Shown here one piece after another: positions 8,413-17,771 of a stretch of 64,000 bases of DNA. Source of the stretch: Candidatus Hermodarchaeota archaeon (GTDB lineage: Archaea; Asgardarchaeota; Thorarchaeia; Thorarchaeales; Thorarchaeaceae); the NCBI GenBank assembly GCA_048885865.1, contig JBHLLF010000004.1:89505-153504 (forward strand), written 5' to 3'. Within the stretch, counting starts at the first letter, position 1, and every line of letters starts with the position of its first letter. The notes under the pieces were generated by a model that was not told the origin of the DNA, did not search any database, and worked only from the letters and a program-made list of their open reading frames with translations. Position numbers and translations under genes: made by a program.

Positions 8413-9900
8413 TTATGCTTCGGTCATGTCATATTCGGCTCTTAGATCCTTTGCTCCTTCTGTTCCAGGAAACATCTGGAGAAACCGTTTCCGAATTGCC
8501 TTTGCATCCTCGGGATCCGAATATACGCGAACTGATGGGATAGTTTCCTTTTGCTTGTTGAGGATTTGCATGAGGGGTTGGCCCTCCTCAATTGAATCAA
8601 GCGTTACTGTATCAAGACTTGTGGTTTCTCCACCAACTAGGAGAGGAATTTTACCAAGAATATCCTCGCCTAGCTTTGGGTTCACTACATCAATGATGAC
8701 TTTACCAATATCTCCTGCGACATCGGCCTCCATGTCAATCAGTTTATCAATATCTGTCAGGGTCGCTAGCAATGCGTCTTTTGAAGCCTGTTCAAAGGAT
8801 GATAGTGACCGTGACAGTACTACCTTGAACATTCTCCGGTGTCTAATTCTTCTTGCATAATCTCTCACGAACTCAATCTCTGAATTCTTAAACCACAGAT
8901 ATAGATCAGCGTCTGTCATTCGGGTAAATAGTCCAAAACATTCGTTCCTTGATAGTCCTTCTTCTCGTACTCGGAAGTATGTTGCCTTCGATGTTATGGC
9001 TTCAGCAAGCTTAACAGCGTGATGGAGGTAAAGATCACTAAACATCCAGTTCCTACTCATGATTAAGGATTCCAAAGAATGCAGGGCCTTAAGCATGAAT
9101 GCCCTCACATATTTACCATCGGGCATTCTGACCACGCGATTTGTCAACATGACTCGCTCTGCAGGAAAGATACCTAGTTGGACTCCGCTGAAGTGGGCAT
9201 CTCGAATCAGATAGTCTGTCTTGTCTATATCCAGGGGATGATCAAGAAAATCAGACAGAAGCATCCAAACTGGATCCTTTGCTTTTCTACGAAAAACATC
9301 AACAACCGTACTTGGCTCAATGCCATTCTCCTTCAAGATATCAGATAGGCCACTGTGCTTAATGAGATACTCACCTAAGTCCAAGTGGTCGATACCAGCC
9401 CAACTCTGGAGAGCATACTCGATAGTATGCGATGTTGGAGGATGACCAACATCATGAAGAAGAGCCGCTGCTCTGAATACCTTCTGCTGGTAGTCATCAA
9501 GGAGATTGGATAGCGGATAGAAGCAAGGCTTATCCAGGTCGTCACAGTAGTTGACAACGCGTATGCACTTCTGCGCCAAGAAGTTGGTTCCAACACAGTG
9601 GAGAAACCTAGTGTGAGTTGCTCCGGGATAAACCAGATGTGCTGGGCCTAGCTGTTTGATAAAGCGAAGTCGCAGCATCTCAATGCTGGAGAGGATGTCT
9701 AGTTCCCAGGGGTCAAAAATGATTGCACCATGTACTGGATCTTGGATGGCTTTCTGACGTGTGTGCTTTTCCTCAACTGACCATAAACGCCTGCGTCGTT
9801 CTATCTTATTATGTATCTCATCCCAAGCATCACCTCTTGCAGACTTTGCCTCGGCAATAGCTCGCTCTCGAAAACCTGTCAACCGAATCAATTCAGCCAT
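8413..9900 (-). CDS. HD-superfamily phosphohydrolase (COG1078, SAMHD1/dNTP triphosphohydrolase-like)
   Basis: DPVHG, RLRFIKQLG, YPGATHTRFLH, ALLHDVGH, DIDKTDYLIRD, LYLHH. Confidence 0.9.
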   Translation of the reverse strand: MAELIRLTGFRERAIAEAKSARGDAWDEIHNKIERRRRLWSVEEKHTRQKAIQDPVHGAIIFDPWELDILSSIEMLRLRFIKQLGPAHLVYPGATHTRFLHCVGTNFLAQKCIRVVNYCDDLDKPCFYPLSNLLDDYQQKVFRAAALLHDVGHPPTSHTIEYALQSWAGIDHLDLGEYLIKHSGLSDILKENGIEPSTVVDVFRRKAKDPVWMLLSDFLDHPLDIDKTDYLIRDAHFSGVQLGIFPAERVMLTNRVVRMPDGKYVRAFMLKALHSLESLIMSRNWMFSDLYLHHAVKLAEAITSKATYFRVREEGLSRNECFGLFTRMTDADLYLWFKNSEIEFVRDYARRIRHRRMFKVVLSRSLSSFEQASKDALLATLTDIDKLIDMEADVAGDIGKVIIDVVNPKLGEDILGKIPLLVGGETTSLDTVTLDSIEEGQPLMQILNKQKETIPSVRVYSDPEDAKAIRKRFLQMFPGTEGAKDLRAEYDMTEA

Positions 9901-10009
9901 TTCGACATCAAGGCCTTTAACTGCTGAACTCTCTCCTTTGGTAATCTCCTTTCACCTGCATATTCCATATGCCTCCGTTATTTAAGCAATGGCCATGATA
10001 GAGAGAATT

Positions 10010-10618
10010 CTACTGAGGGGAGAGGTCTCGGGATCTCTTGACTCTCTCACGAGCGCCACTATAGTCCAGTGTATTCTCACGTTCCATTGCCTCACAATAC
10101 TCATCAGGTTTGCAGTAGTCCCAGCCCTGCAAGGTCTTGCACCAGGGAGCTGAATGCACCTTGTAGAAGGGTGGATCAATAAGGTTAGCAACTACGAGAA
10201 AGTCAGCAACAACTTTAATCGCGTTGTTCTTGAATGCTTCTTGAATACAAGGTGGAGCTCGTTCGACTATCCTAGGGTTTATCCGAAAAAGTCTGCTCCA
10301 GAGAAGACACTTTTTGGCGATATAGAGAAAATCGCACTTTGGACAAAGACTGGCACGAATTGAGAGCCTGCATAATTCATTTCTACTCTTTTTTGTCAGT
10401 CCTGATTCACGCAGTACATGAAACTTGATGTCTACAAACCACTCAGGCGTAAATGCACCAAATTCGTCTATGAATGATTGAAGCTCAGACTGGACTTCAT
10501 CTTCCGTAGAGGCCCAGTGTTCTTCGGTAAGGAGTGGCTTTCGCGTTTTTTCAACCATAGAATATTCATCCTCATATCCCGCAAAGGTCATCTTAAACGC
10601 ATCAGTTGGATTGAGCAA
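10010..10618 (-). CDS. DNA primase large subunit C-terminal Fe-S domain-like protein (short)
   Basis: PPCI...APWCKTL...YCKPDEYC...NTLDY resembles the PriL CTD pattern PPC...PxC...CxPDExC...NPLxY; only 202 aa. Confidence 0.6.
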   Translation of the reverse strand: MLNPTDAFKMTFAGYEDEYSMVEKTRKPLLTEEHWASTEDEVQSELQSFIDEFGAFTPEWFVDIKFHVLRESGLTKKSRNELCRLSIRASLCPKCDFLYIAKKCLLWSRLFRINPRIVERAPPCIQEAFKNNAIKVVADFLVVANLIDPPFYKVHSAPWCKTLQGWDYCKPDEYCEAMERENTLDYSGARERVKRSRDLSPQ

Positions 10619-10715
10619 TCCAGTTGGAAAGATTCAAAGCTTGTTGGAGCAACTCTTAAATCAGGGAATCGGCGTTCCTGCCTTACAGCGCCTCTTCTGA
10701 CGAGGTCACGGCCAG

Positions 10716-11729
10716 ATGACCAAACTTAGCCTACTATCCGAACACTCCCTAAGAGAGGGAGTCACATCACTCGAAGTTGTGGACCTAACCGGTAGTGGAA
10801 AAGCTAACGTTGTAGTATCAACCATGAACGGAGACCTCAGAGTTTTTGAGCTGACCAAAGGAAAGACGCCAAAGCTAAGGGAGATAGCTAACACAAGTGA
10901 CCTTCCGCCAGTTGCTGCTTTAGACGTTGGAGATGTCCTAGGCAATGGTGTTCCTGACTTTGTTGTAGCGGGACTCGACAATCATCTCCGACTACTTGTG
11001 TTTATGGACAACAAGTTACAGGTGAAGAGTTCGACTCCTGTGGGAGCCATTCCGACGTCCTTGGTGGTTGCCAATGTACTTAGTGACAAGAGCGCAGAAG
11101 TCATTGTATCCACAACTGACCAAGCCCTCAGGTGTTACGGATGGTTTGACGTAGTTCTGGATAAGTTGGCACACAAGGTCGTGGACAATCCAGTCCTTTC
11201 GATGCGACGATTGTCAATAGAGAACGTCCCCTACAGTAGGTTCGTTTTCGGAGATGAAAATGGCAACCTCTTCGTATATCAGTACGCTGACGATAGGCTT
11301 CACGAAGTATGGAGAATGAAGGTAGGGAAGGAAGTCTATCATATTGCCACTGGTAATATCGCTGGCGGAAGATATGACGAAATCGTAAGTGTTTCAGACA
11401 AACGTACAATAACGCTTCTAAGAGTCGAACAACAGGCGCTTGAAAAGGTGCTATCAATCAAGGCTCCCGATCCAGTAACTGCAGTGAGAATGGGTAGAAT
11501 TCTCCAAGACACACCAGCAGGACAGATTCTACTCAGTCTTCAGGACTCCACGATATTACTGCTAGGCTTCAATGGCATTGAATTGATAGAGCTAGCCTCT
11601 CTCAGGACTGCTTCGAAATCTGCAGAGTCCATGGTAGCTTTTGGAGACCTTACTGGCGATTCAAGAAATGAGATCGTTCAAGCGATAGGAAACAAGATAT
11701 TTATCGTTACGATTGATGAGACGGCATGA
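10716..11729 (+). CDS. FG-GAP/VCBS-repeat beta-propeller protein (BBS2/ITFG2-like), cytoplasmic
   Basis: About seven repeats such as DLTGSGKANVVVS, DVLGNGVPDFVVAG, NIAGGRYDEIVSVS, DLTGDSRNEIVQA; no signal peptide or TM helix. Confidence 0.75.
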   Translation: MTKLSLLSEHSLREGVTSLEVVDLTGSGKANVVVSTMNGDLRVFELTKGKTPKLREIANTSDLPPVAALDVGDVLGNGVPDFVVAGLDNHLRLLVFMDNKLQVKSSTPVGAIPTSLVVANVLSDKSAEVIVSTTDQALRCYGWFDVVLDKLAHKVVDNPVLSMRRLSIENVPYSRFVFGDENGNLFVYQYADDRLHEVWRMKVGKEVYHIATGNIAGGRYDEIVSVSDKRTITLLRVEQQALEKVLSIKAPDPVTAVRMGRILQDTPAGQILLSLQDSTILLLGFNGIELIELASLRTASKSAESMVAFGDLTGDSRNEIVQAIGNKIFIVTIDETA

Positions 11730-11732
11730 AAC

Positions 11733-12155
11733 TTACAGCTCGGGCATGAAGACTTCGTTTGGTTGAAGCACTTCAATCATCCTGACCGAAGCTTTGGATT
11801 TGATGCGAGGAACTACTTCCGTATCAAGCCAGGCCTTCACATTTGCCCGTGCCATCTCGATATTCTCTGCCTCTGCATTCATATCGAACCTGATGAATAA
11901 GTTGTAGGGCTCCCTCTCTGACACATCCTTTTTGATCATCGCCCAGAAGGCCTTAGAACCAGCAGGGATATCGATTCGACCAAGGATTTCCGACCAAGAT
12001 TTACCTTCCAATCTCTTTGACACTATGGCCAGATCCTTCAATTCTGGGAGTTCCTTAAGGGCATCAAGAATAAGCTGGCCTGAGGTCTTAGTATCCTTGA
12101 TTTCTTCGAACTCTGCTATCAAGTAATGATCGGCTCTGAACTTGGGCATGGGCAT
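11733..12155 (-). CDS. Hypothetical protein
   Basis: Likely start at MPMPKF (12155/12149), because the longer ORF (to 12335) overlaps the upstream gene. Confidence 0.6.
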   Translation of the reverse strand: MPMPKFRADHYLIAEFEEIKDTKTSGQLILDALKELPELKDLAIVSKRLEGKSWSEILGRIDIPAGSKAFWAMIKKDVSEREPYNLFIRFDMNAEAENIEMARANVKAWLDTEVVPRIKSKASVRMIEVLQPNEVFMPEL

Positions 12156-12198
12156 TTGCTCCATCCATGTGATGAGGCCGCCTGTCTGCGCTCTACTC

Positions 12199-12834
12199 TT
12201 AAATATGATGGTCCTCAGGGTCATCACTGGCAGCAAGAAGCTCTTGCTTGTAATGATAGAATCGATAGGCTGCAGTACAGAGACCCATGATTGTAACGAC
12301 CACAAGGCCCCATATGACGAAGCCAAATAATGCAAAAATCACCAGAGTGAGTAGGCGTTCTGACCTGGCACCCAGTCCCACATCAAGGTCCGTCACTCCT
12401 AGACTCTCTGCACGTGATCTGCTATAGCTGGTCAAGAGCCATCCGGTAATGCAGAGAAGCGCCCAGAATGCAATTGAAACTCCAAATAGAGAGAACGATT
12501 CGTAGGCCATCGCGATACCAAAAAGCAGAATGACTTCAGATACTTTGTCTATGAATGAGTCAGTGAGTGCACCCGCTTTTGATGCCAGATTACCCTCTCT
12601 TGCAACTACTCCATCCACGCCGTCCAGAAATCCTACGAGAAACACTAGCAGCCCGTAGATTGGCTCTGAATTCAAAATGGTCAAAGCAAGAAGGGCAAGA
12701 ATAGCTATTAGTACTGTGAAGTAGGTGATAGAGTCAGGTCGCACATTGCGCTTCACAAGTGGTTTTGCTGCTGCAGTGACTACACCTCTAAAAATGCCTC
12801 TGACTCTGAATTTGCTTGGTGAGATACTAATCAC
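12199..12834 (-). CDS. CDP-alcohol phosphatidyltransferase family (archaetidylinositol-phosphate/DIPP synthase-like)
   Basis: DGVDGVVAR...SKAGALTDSFIDK signature, SYSRSRAE, RSERL; GTG at 12834 after AGGAGG. Confidence 0.9.
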   Translation of the reverse strand: MISISPSKFRVRGIFRGVVTAAAKPLVKRNVRPDSITYFTVLIAILALLALTILNSEPIYGLLVFLVGFLDGVDGVVAREGNLASKAGALTDSFIDKVSEVILLFGIAMAYESFSLFGVSIAFWALLCITGWLLTSYSRSRAESLGVTDLDVGLGARSERLLTLVIFALFGFVIWGLVVVTIMGLCTAAYRFYHYKQELLAASDDPEDHHI

Positions 12835-13894
12835 CCTCCTTGGTAATGATTTTGCTTCCATACACAATGGCATCTTTGATCTGATCTCTTGCTTTGACTC
12901 GGGCTGATTCAATGAGTAGGCAGTTTTCGATAGTGACCTCTGGGGATAGCTTAGTATCATGCTCCATGCTTACACTCGGCCCAACTCTGCATCCCTCTTC
13001 AATGCTGCATTCAGGACCTATGAATGCTGGTCCCGTTATGCTCACACCCGATGCCAAAAGTGTTCCAGATGCGATTTCGACCTGATCACCTATCTCAATG
13101 GTGTCGCCAGGTGGTACAATGATACACCCCTCAATTGGCTCAATTTGTTCGGACAGAATCAGCTCCATTACATCAAGTAGATTCGTGATTGAGTCAATAT
13201 CCGCCCATTTGCCAGCCACTTTGGCTGCATATACATTCATTCGTTGGGATATCATTTGATTTATCGCAGCCACCACAGTCTTCTCTCCGGATGCATGAGC
13301 AGCACGGAAATGACTGATTGAGTCCGGATTAGCAGCCACAAGCATGGCGCTGTGATACATCGAATCGAAATCCATCAGAGGTGTGCCTATGCCAGCAACT
13401 AGACCATCATCACGAATATACGTGGGGGATTCATTGGATGATTCCGAGGTCACACTGATTGTTAACATGCGAGAGTTCCCACCACTCTCATGTTGCTCTA
13501 TGAGTTGCATGACAATGGACGGTGAAACGACATAATCGACTGGGCATATCAGGAATGATTCATCGTCATAGTGGTCGAGAACTGAAGACAAAGTATGAAG
13601 AGGGCCTTTCTCAATTGACGAGACCTCAACCATTTCTATGGACATGGAATAAGAGTCAGCAATTGCATGCAGGTGTTTCTTGAATAGGTCGTGTTTCCAA
13701 CCGACCCCCACGTGTATAGAATGTACGCCTGACTCAGCCAAGACACTAAGTAGCCGTGCTAGAATTGTCTTGCCTGCTAAAGGGATAAGTCCCTTAGGTA
13801 TTGACTCACTTAGGGCACCCATTCGTGACCCGCGGCCAGCAGCCAGAATTATGGCGTGTATGCCTATTCCTCCTTTTAGCCACCCAAATAACAT
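12827..13894 (-). CDS. Sugar-phosphate nucleotidyltransferase with left-handed beta-helix repeats
   Basis: AIILAAGRGSRM...PKGL, WADID, C-terminal hexapeptide repeats. Confidence 0.85.
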   Translation of the reverse strand: MLFGWLKGGIGIHAIILAAGRGSRMGALSESIPKGLIPLAGKTILARLLSVLAESGVHSIHVGVGWKHDLFKKHLHAIADSYSMSIEMVEVSSIEKGPLHTLSSVLDHYDDESFLICPVDYVVSPSIVMQLIEQHESGGNSRMLTISVTSESSNESPTYIRDDGLVAGIGTPLMDFDSMYHSAMLVAANPDSISHFRAAHASGEKTVVAAINQMISQRMNVYAAKVAGKWADIDSITNLLDVMELILSEQIEPIEGCIIVPPGDTIEIGDQVEIASGTLLASGVSITGPAFIGPECSIEEGCRVGPSVSMEHDTKLSPEVTIENCLLIESARVKARDQIKDAIVYGSKIITKEGD

Positions 13895-13937
13895 GGTTCA
13901 TATCAGTGTTTGTAAGGATAGGAGGTGGTAACTAATA

Positions 13938-14642
13938 TTGACATCTAGAATCCTTACTGTTAAGGATGAGGACAGCTGTGACCCTGTTATTCAGGAAGCG
14001 GTAAGAATCATTCAAGATGGCGGACTGGTAGTTTATCCGACAGATACAAGTTATGGCATTGCTTGTGACCCCATGCAAGAACAGGCACTTGAACGATTGA
14101 TCGCTGCAAAGAAGAGAGACAAAGGGGTTGGTGTGCCACTTCTTTTTTCAGACATTCGTCAATGTGAGAGTTATCATGACTTCGGGAATCTAGAGAAAGT
14201 CCTGGCGCGGCTCTTCTGGCCTGGCGCATTGACATTGATAGTGACAGTAAAGGAGACAATTCCAGCCTACATCACTGGTGGCAGAGCATCCGCAGCAATA
14301 AGAGTCCCTGATCATTTCATTCCACGAAGGATTGCCAAAGAATTAGGAGTGCCAATAGTTGGCACAAGTGCAAATCTGAGTGGTGGCGAATCTCCCTTTA
14401 AAATGTCCACAGCAAGAGAACAGTTGGGAGACGAGGTGGACCTCTATATTGATGGCGGACCATCCTCTGCAAATGCCAACTCATCAATTCTAGGAGTTGA
14501 AGAAACTGGAACTGACGGGCTATTGAATATTAAGATCTATCGTGAGGGGAGTCTGAGTGTGGAAAGGATAACAGATAGCCTTAGAATTGATTCAGATGCA
14601 CTGCGATTTTGGACAAATCGTATCATCTATCCTAAAATGTGA
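13938..14642 (+). CDS. tsaC: L-threonylcarbamoyladenylate synthase (YrdC/TsaC/Sua5, short form)
   Basis: VYPTDTSYG, KKR, FWPGALT, IRVP, GTSANLSG. Confidence 0.93.
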   Translation: MTSRILTVKDEDSCDPVIQEAVRIIQDGGLVVYPTDTSYGIACDPMQEQALERLIAAKKRDKGVGVPLLFSDIRQCESYHDFGNLEKVLARLFWPGALTLIVTVKETIPAYITGGRASAAIRVPDHFIPRRIAKELGVPIVGTSANLSGGESPFKMSTAREQLGDEVDLYIDGGPSSANANSSILGVEETGTDGLLNIKIYREGSLSVERITDSLRIDSDALRFWTNRIIYPKM

Positions 14643-14652
14643 GGCGAGCGGT

Positions 14653-15186
14653 CTGCACAATTACAATCTACTAGTGGGTTGTCCCAGGGATAGGGAAAGA
14701 GCCGCAAAATCCGAGGTGATGTACTTCATTGGTGACCTTCTTGAAGACACTGAGCTTCGAGTATATCGAACACCAATCTCGGGCTTGCTTGCAGCCTTAA
14801 CAACTCTAGACCCCTTTGATGTTGTTCACAGATTGAAAGAGTTCGCCATAGAGAACGCCTATCAATTTCGATTCGCAATACGTTTCACACCAATCGAAAA
14901 ATGCGTTTCAACATCAATAGAAGAAATAGTAAAAGCAACAGAAGAATTGAGCGATAAGATAGATGAGAATGACTCATTCAGAGTGACAGTACGGCGGCGT
15001 CATACAGAGTTGGAAAACATGGAGGTTGTGAATGCTGCTGCTGCTGTGATCTCCAGACGAGTTGACCTAAACCAGCCTGATAAGACTGTGTGGATCGAGA
15101 TTGTAGGTGAATGGACAGGAGTTTCTGTTCTAAACCAGAACGATGACATTCTCTCGATTATGACCATGCGGGATGACATGTATTAG
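14653..15186 (+). CDS. THUMP domain RNA-binding protein (Tan1-like)
   Basis: NLLV, SFRVTVRRR, VDLNQPDKTVWIEIVG. Likely CTG start at 14653; the ORF track start 14587 overlaps tsaC. Confidence 0.85.
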   Translation: MHNYNLLVGCPRDRERAAKSEVMYFIGDLLEDTELRVYRTPISGLLAALTTLDPFDVVHRLKEFAIENAYQFRFAIRFTPIEKCVSTSIEEIVKATEELSDKIDENDSFRVTVRRRHTELENMEVVNAAAAVISRRVDLNQPDKTVWIEIVGEWTGVSVLNQNDDILSIMTMRDDMY

Positions 15187-15193
15187 TCCTGAG

Positions 15194-15787
15194 CTACGCT
15201 TCAAGAGAAACCATTGATACCCTGCTTATCACACAGCCTGAAAGGGCCTGGTATCTTGCCTCGAGTGAGTCTGATGATGAAAGTGCAGTGAGTTCGGCGT
15301 CATTAATCCCAAAATGCATCATTATGAGCTGTATCCGTTCCTCTGTGGGAACAAAAGGTTGCTGAACAAATGACCCTATCTTATCGACGATGTAGTCAGC
15401 ATGACTCTTCAGATTATTCTCATCTATACCCATGACGACTGCAGCAACAGATGTTGTTTCATCATTGACACCTAGCTTTTCTAGTGCAACTCCGATTTGA
15501 TGTTGGCCTGATGCATAGAGTAGTATCTCAACGGCGAGGTTTCTTGAAATCGCATAATTCCCCCTCCAAGCATTCAACGCATTTTGTGCAGCTGAAAGAA
15601 GGTGCACCTCTCCTGCTACAAGAGTTGAGTCAAGCAATTGTACTGCTATGATTCCTTCAATTTGCTCAGAGGCTAGAGAGATTATTTCCTCCTTTTTCAA
15701 GAGTTTGACATTGGTAATTTCCCCAACGGCTACATGAAAGACTTCATCATCGTAAGTCAGGGTTTCCAGACGCATTTTCATCCACAC
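15194..15787 (-). CDS. cgi121: KEOPS complex subunit Cgi121
   Basis: QLLD...HLLSA...SRNLAVEILLYASGQHQIGVALEKLG. Confidence 0.9.
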   Translation of the reverse strand: MWMKMRLETLTYDDEVFHVAVGEITNVKLLKKEEIISLASEQIEGIIAVQLLDSTLVAGEVHLLSAAQNALNAWRGNYAISRNLAVEILLYASGQHQIGVALEKLGVNDETTSVAAVVMGIDENNLKSHADYIVDKIGSFVQQPFVPTEERIQLIMMHFGINDAELTALSSSDSLEARYQALSGCVISRVSMVSLEA

Positions 15788-15796
15788 TTCTTCAGT

Positions 15797-16396
15797 CTAG
15801 AGTCTCTTGATGAAATAGTCTGCGACGGTTGGCTCGAATCCCACCTCAAAGACGAGCTTATTGCGAATTTGCTTGAGGTCCATTGAAGGATCTTCCTTCT
15901 TGAACACTTTTACCAATGCGATGATTGATTCCCGCAATTCCCACGGATATACTGTCCACCTCTCGGTCTGCACCATATAGAAATCTGGTTTGACTCGCGA
16001 CCAAGGCTTCCAGTGCAGCACTGCTGTCTTTACTTCACCCGCTCCCAAGCCCTGAACATGTTCGATTGCATGATAGAGACTATCCCCTGTGTCGGCGACC
16101 TCATCCACCAGCAATATGCTCTTGCCTTCCATTGATCCTGTGATTGGTTGGGTAATTTTGGGCTCGCGTCCTTTCTGACCTACATCACTGTAGTATTCTA
16201 TGCGGATATTCTGAAGACTATCTGCATAGAGTACATCGGAAAGCACTCTGGCTGGTATCCAACCACCTCTTGCTATTCCTACCACTACGTCAGGCTTGAA
16301 ACCGCTCTCAACCACACGCTCTGAAAGTCGAAGCGTAAGATTGTACACGTCTTCCCAAGTTAGAATTAGATACTCCATTCTACTCCATGACCCCAC
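15797..16396 (-). CDS. Type I (purine) phosphoribosyltransferase
   Basis: GIARGG, ILLVDEVADTGDSL, WTVYPWE. Confidence 0.9.
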   Translation of the reverse strand: MGSWSRMEYLILTWEDVYNLTLRLSERVVESGFKPDVVVGIARGGWIPARVLSDVLYADSLQNIRIEYYSDVGQKGREPKITQPITGSMEGKSILLVDEVADTGDSLYHAIEHVQGLGAGEVKTAVLHWKPWSRVKPDFYMVQTERWTVYPWELRESIIALVKVFKKEDPSMDLKQIRNKLVFEVGFEPTVADYFIKRL

Positions 16397-16505
16397 ATGG
16401 GCTTTGCAGCTCAGTGTACTTCCTCCATAATAACAGTACTGCTGAGAGACCCTTCAGCACAATGTAGATTTAGGACGGGTTGTTTTCCACTCAATGTGAA
16501 TAGAA

Positions 16506-17771
16506 ATGAAGCCCGACATTGTCCTCTCCCATATCGCTCAACTTGCTACTCTCAAAGGACATAGCACAGCGCCAAAGAGAGGAGAGAGCTTGAAGGATTT
16601 GTCTATAATTGAGGATGGAGCTGTTGCCATTCAAGATGGGAAGATCATAGCGGTTGGAACGACTAGAGAAATCATGTCAAGCCTCAGCGGTGAGCCAAAA
16701 CTTCCGCCAATCGAGTTTCCCAGTATGCTGGCAATTCCGGGTTTTGTAGACAGTCATACGCATCTAGCATTTGGAGGTTCAAGAGAGAATGACTTTGCTA
16801 TGAAGCTTGCAGGCAAGACCTACATGGAGATATTGGAGGGTGGTGGGGGCATACTAAACACCCTGAAAGCGACACGTGCAGCGACTCAAGATGAACTAAT
16901 CTCCAATGCGTTCTCATATGCTGAGAGCATGATCGCATCTGGGACTACAGCAATCGAGGCCAAGAGTGGTTATGGCCTTGATGTAGAGAATGAATTGAAG
17001 CTGCTTCGTGTTCCAGAGGCATTAAGGGACAAATTGCCCTCAGAGTTTGTATCAACGTTCATGGGAGCACACGCGATTCCTCCTGAGTATAAGGGCAGCA
17101 CAGACGATTATGTCAGTCTTGTAATCAACGAAATGATTCCATCTGTTGCGAAACAAAATCTGGCAGAGTTCTGTGATGTCTTCTGTGAAGAAGGTGTATT
17201 CAGTGTTGAGCAGTCGAGAGAGATTCTTCAAGCAGCAAAAGGCAAGGGCATGAAGCTGAAGGTTCACGCGGACGAGATTGTTCAACTTGGAGGGGCGGGC
17301 CTTGCAGCAGAAGTGGGGGCAATCTCTGCAGACCATCTTTTGATGTCTTCCAATGATGATTTGGAAGCCATGCGAAAAGCTGGAACCATTGCAACCTTAC
17401 TACCCGGAACTGCATTTAGTCTTGACACTGAATATGCTGATGCTCGCAAGATGATAGAAATGGGGCTTCCTGTGGCACTTGCCACTGACTTCAATCCAAA
17501 TTGCGCAAACGAGTCCATGTTCTTCACGATATCTTTGGCCTGTTACAAGATGAAGATGCATCCCCGAGAAGCGATCTCTGCGGCGACGATAAATGGGGCT
17601 CATGCTCTTGGAAAAAGTGAAACATTGGGAAGCATAGAACAGGGCAAGCGTGCAGACATCCTCATATTGGACTGCCCAAATCCAGAGTATCTATCGTGGA
17701 GGTTCGGAGTCAATCTGATACATACAGTTGTTGCCAATGGCCAGGTTGTGCATACTAAGCTTGGGCCTTAG
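16506..17771 (+). CDS. hutI: Imidazolonepropionase
   Basis: PGFVDSHTH, GGGIL, EAKSGYG, DVFCE, HADE, SADHL, ALATDFNP. Confidence 0.96.
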   Translation: MKPDIVLSHIAQLATLKGHSTAPKRGESLKDLSIIEDGAVAIQDGKIIAVGTTREIMSSLSGEPKLPPIEFPSMLAIPGFVDSHTHLAFGGSRENDFAMKLAGKTYMEILEGGGGILNTLKATRAATQDELISNAFSYAESMIASGTTAIEAKSGYGLDVENELKLLRVPEALRDKLPSEFVSTFMGAHAIPPEYKGSTDDYVSLVINEMIPSVAKQNLAEFCDVFCEEGVFSVEQSREILQAAKGKGMKLKVHADEIVQLGGAGLAAEVGAISADHLLMSSNDDLEAMRKAGTIATLLPGTAFSLDTEYADARKMIEMGLPVALATDFNPNCANESMFFTISLACYKMKMHPREAISAATINGAHALGKSETLGSIEQGKRADILILDCPNPEYLSWRFGVNLIHTVVANGQVVHTKLGP

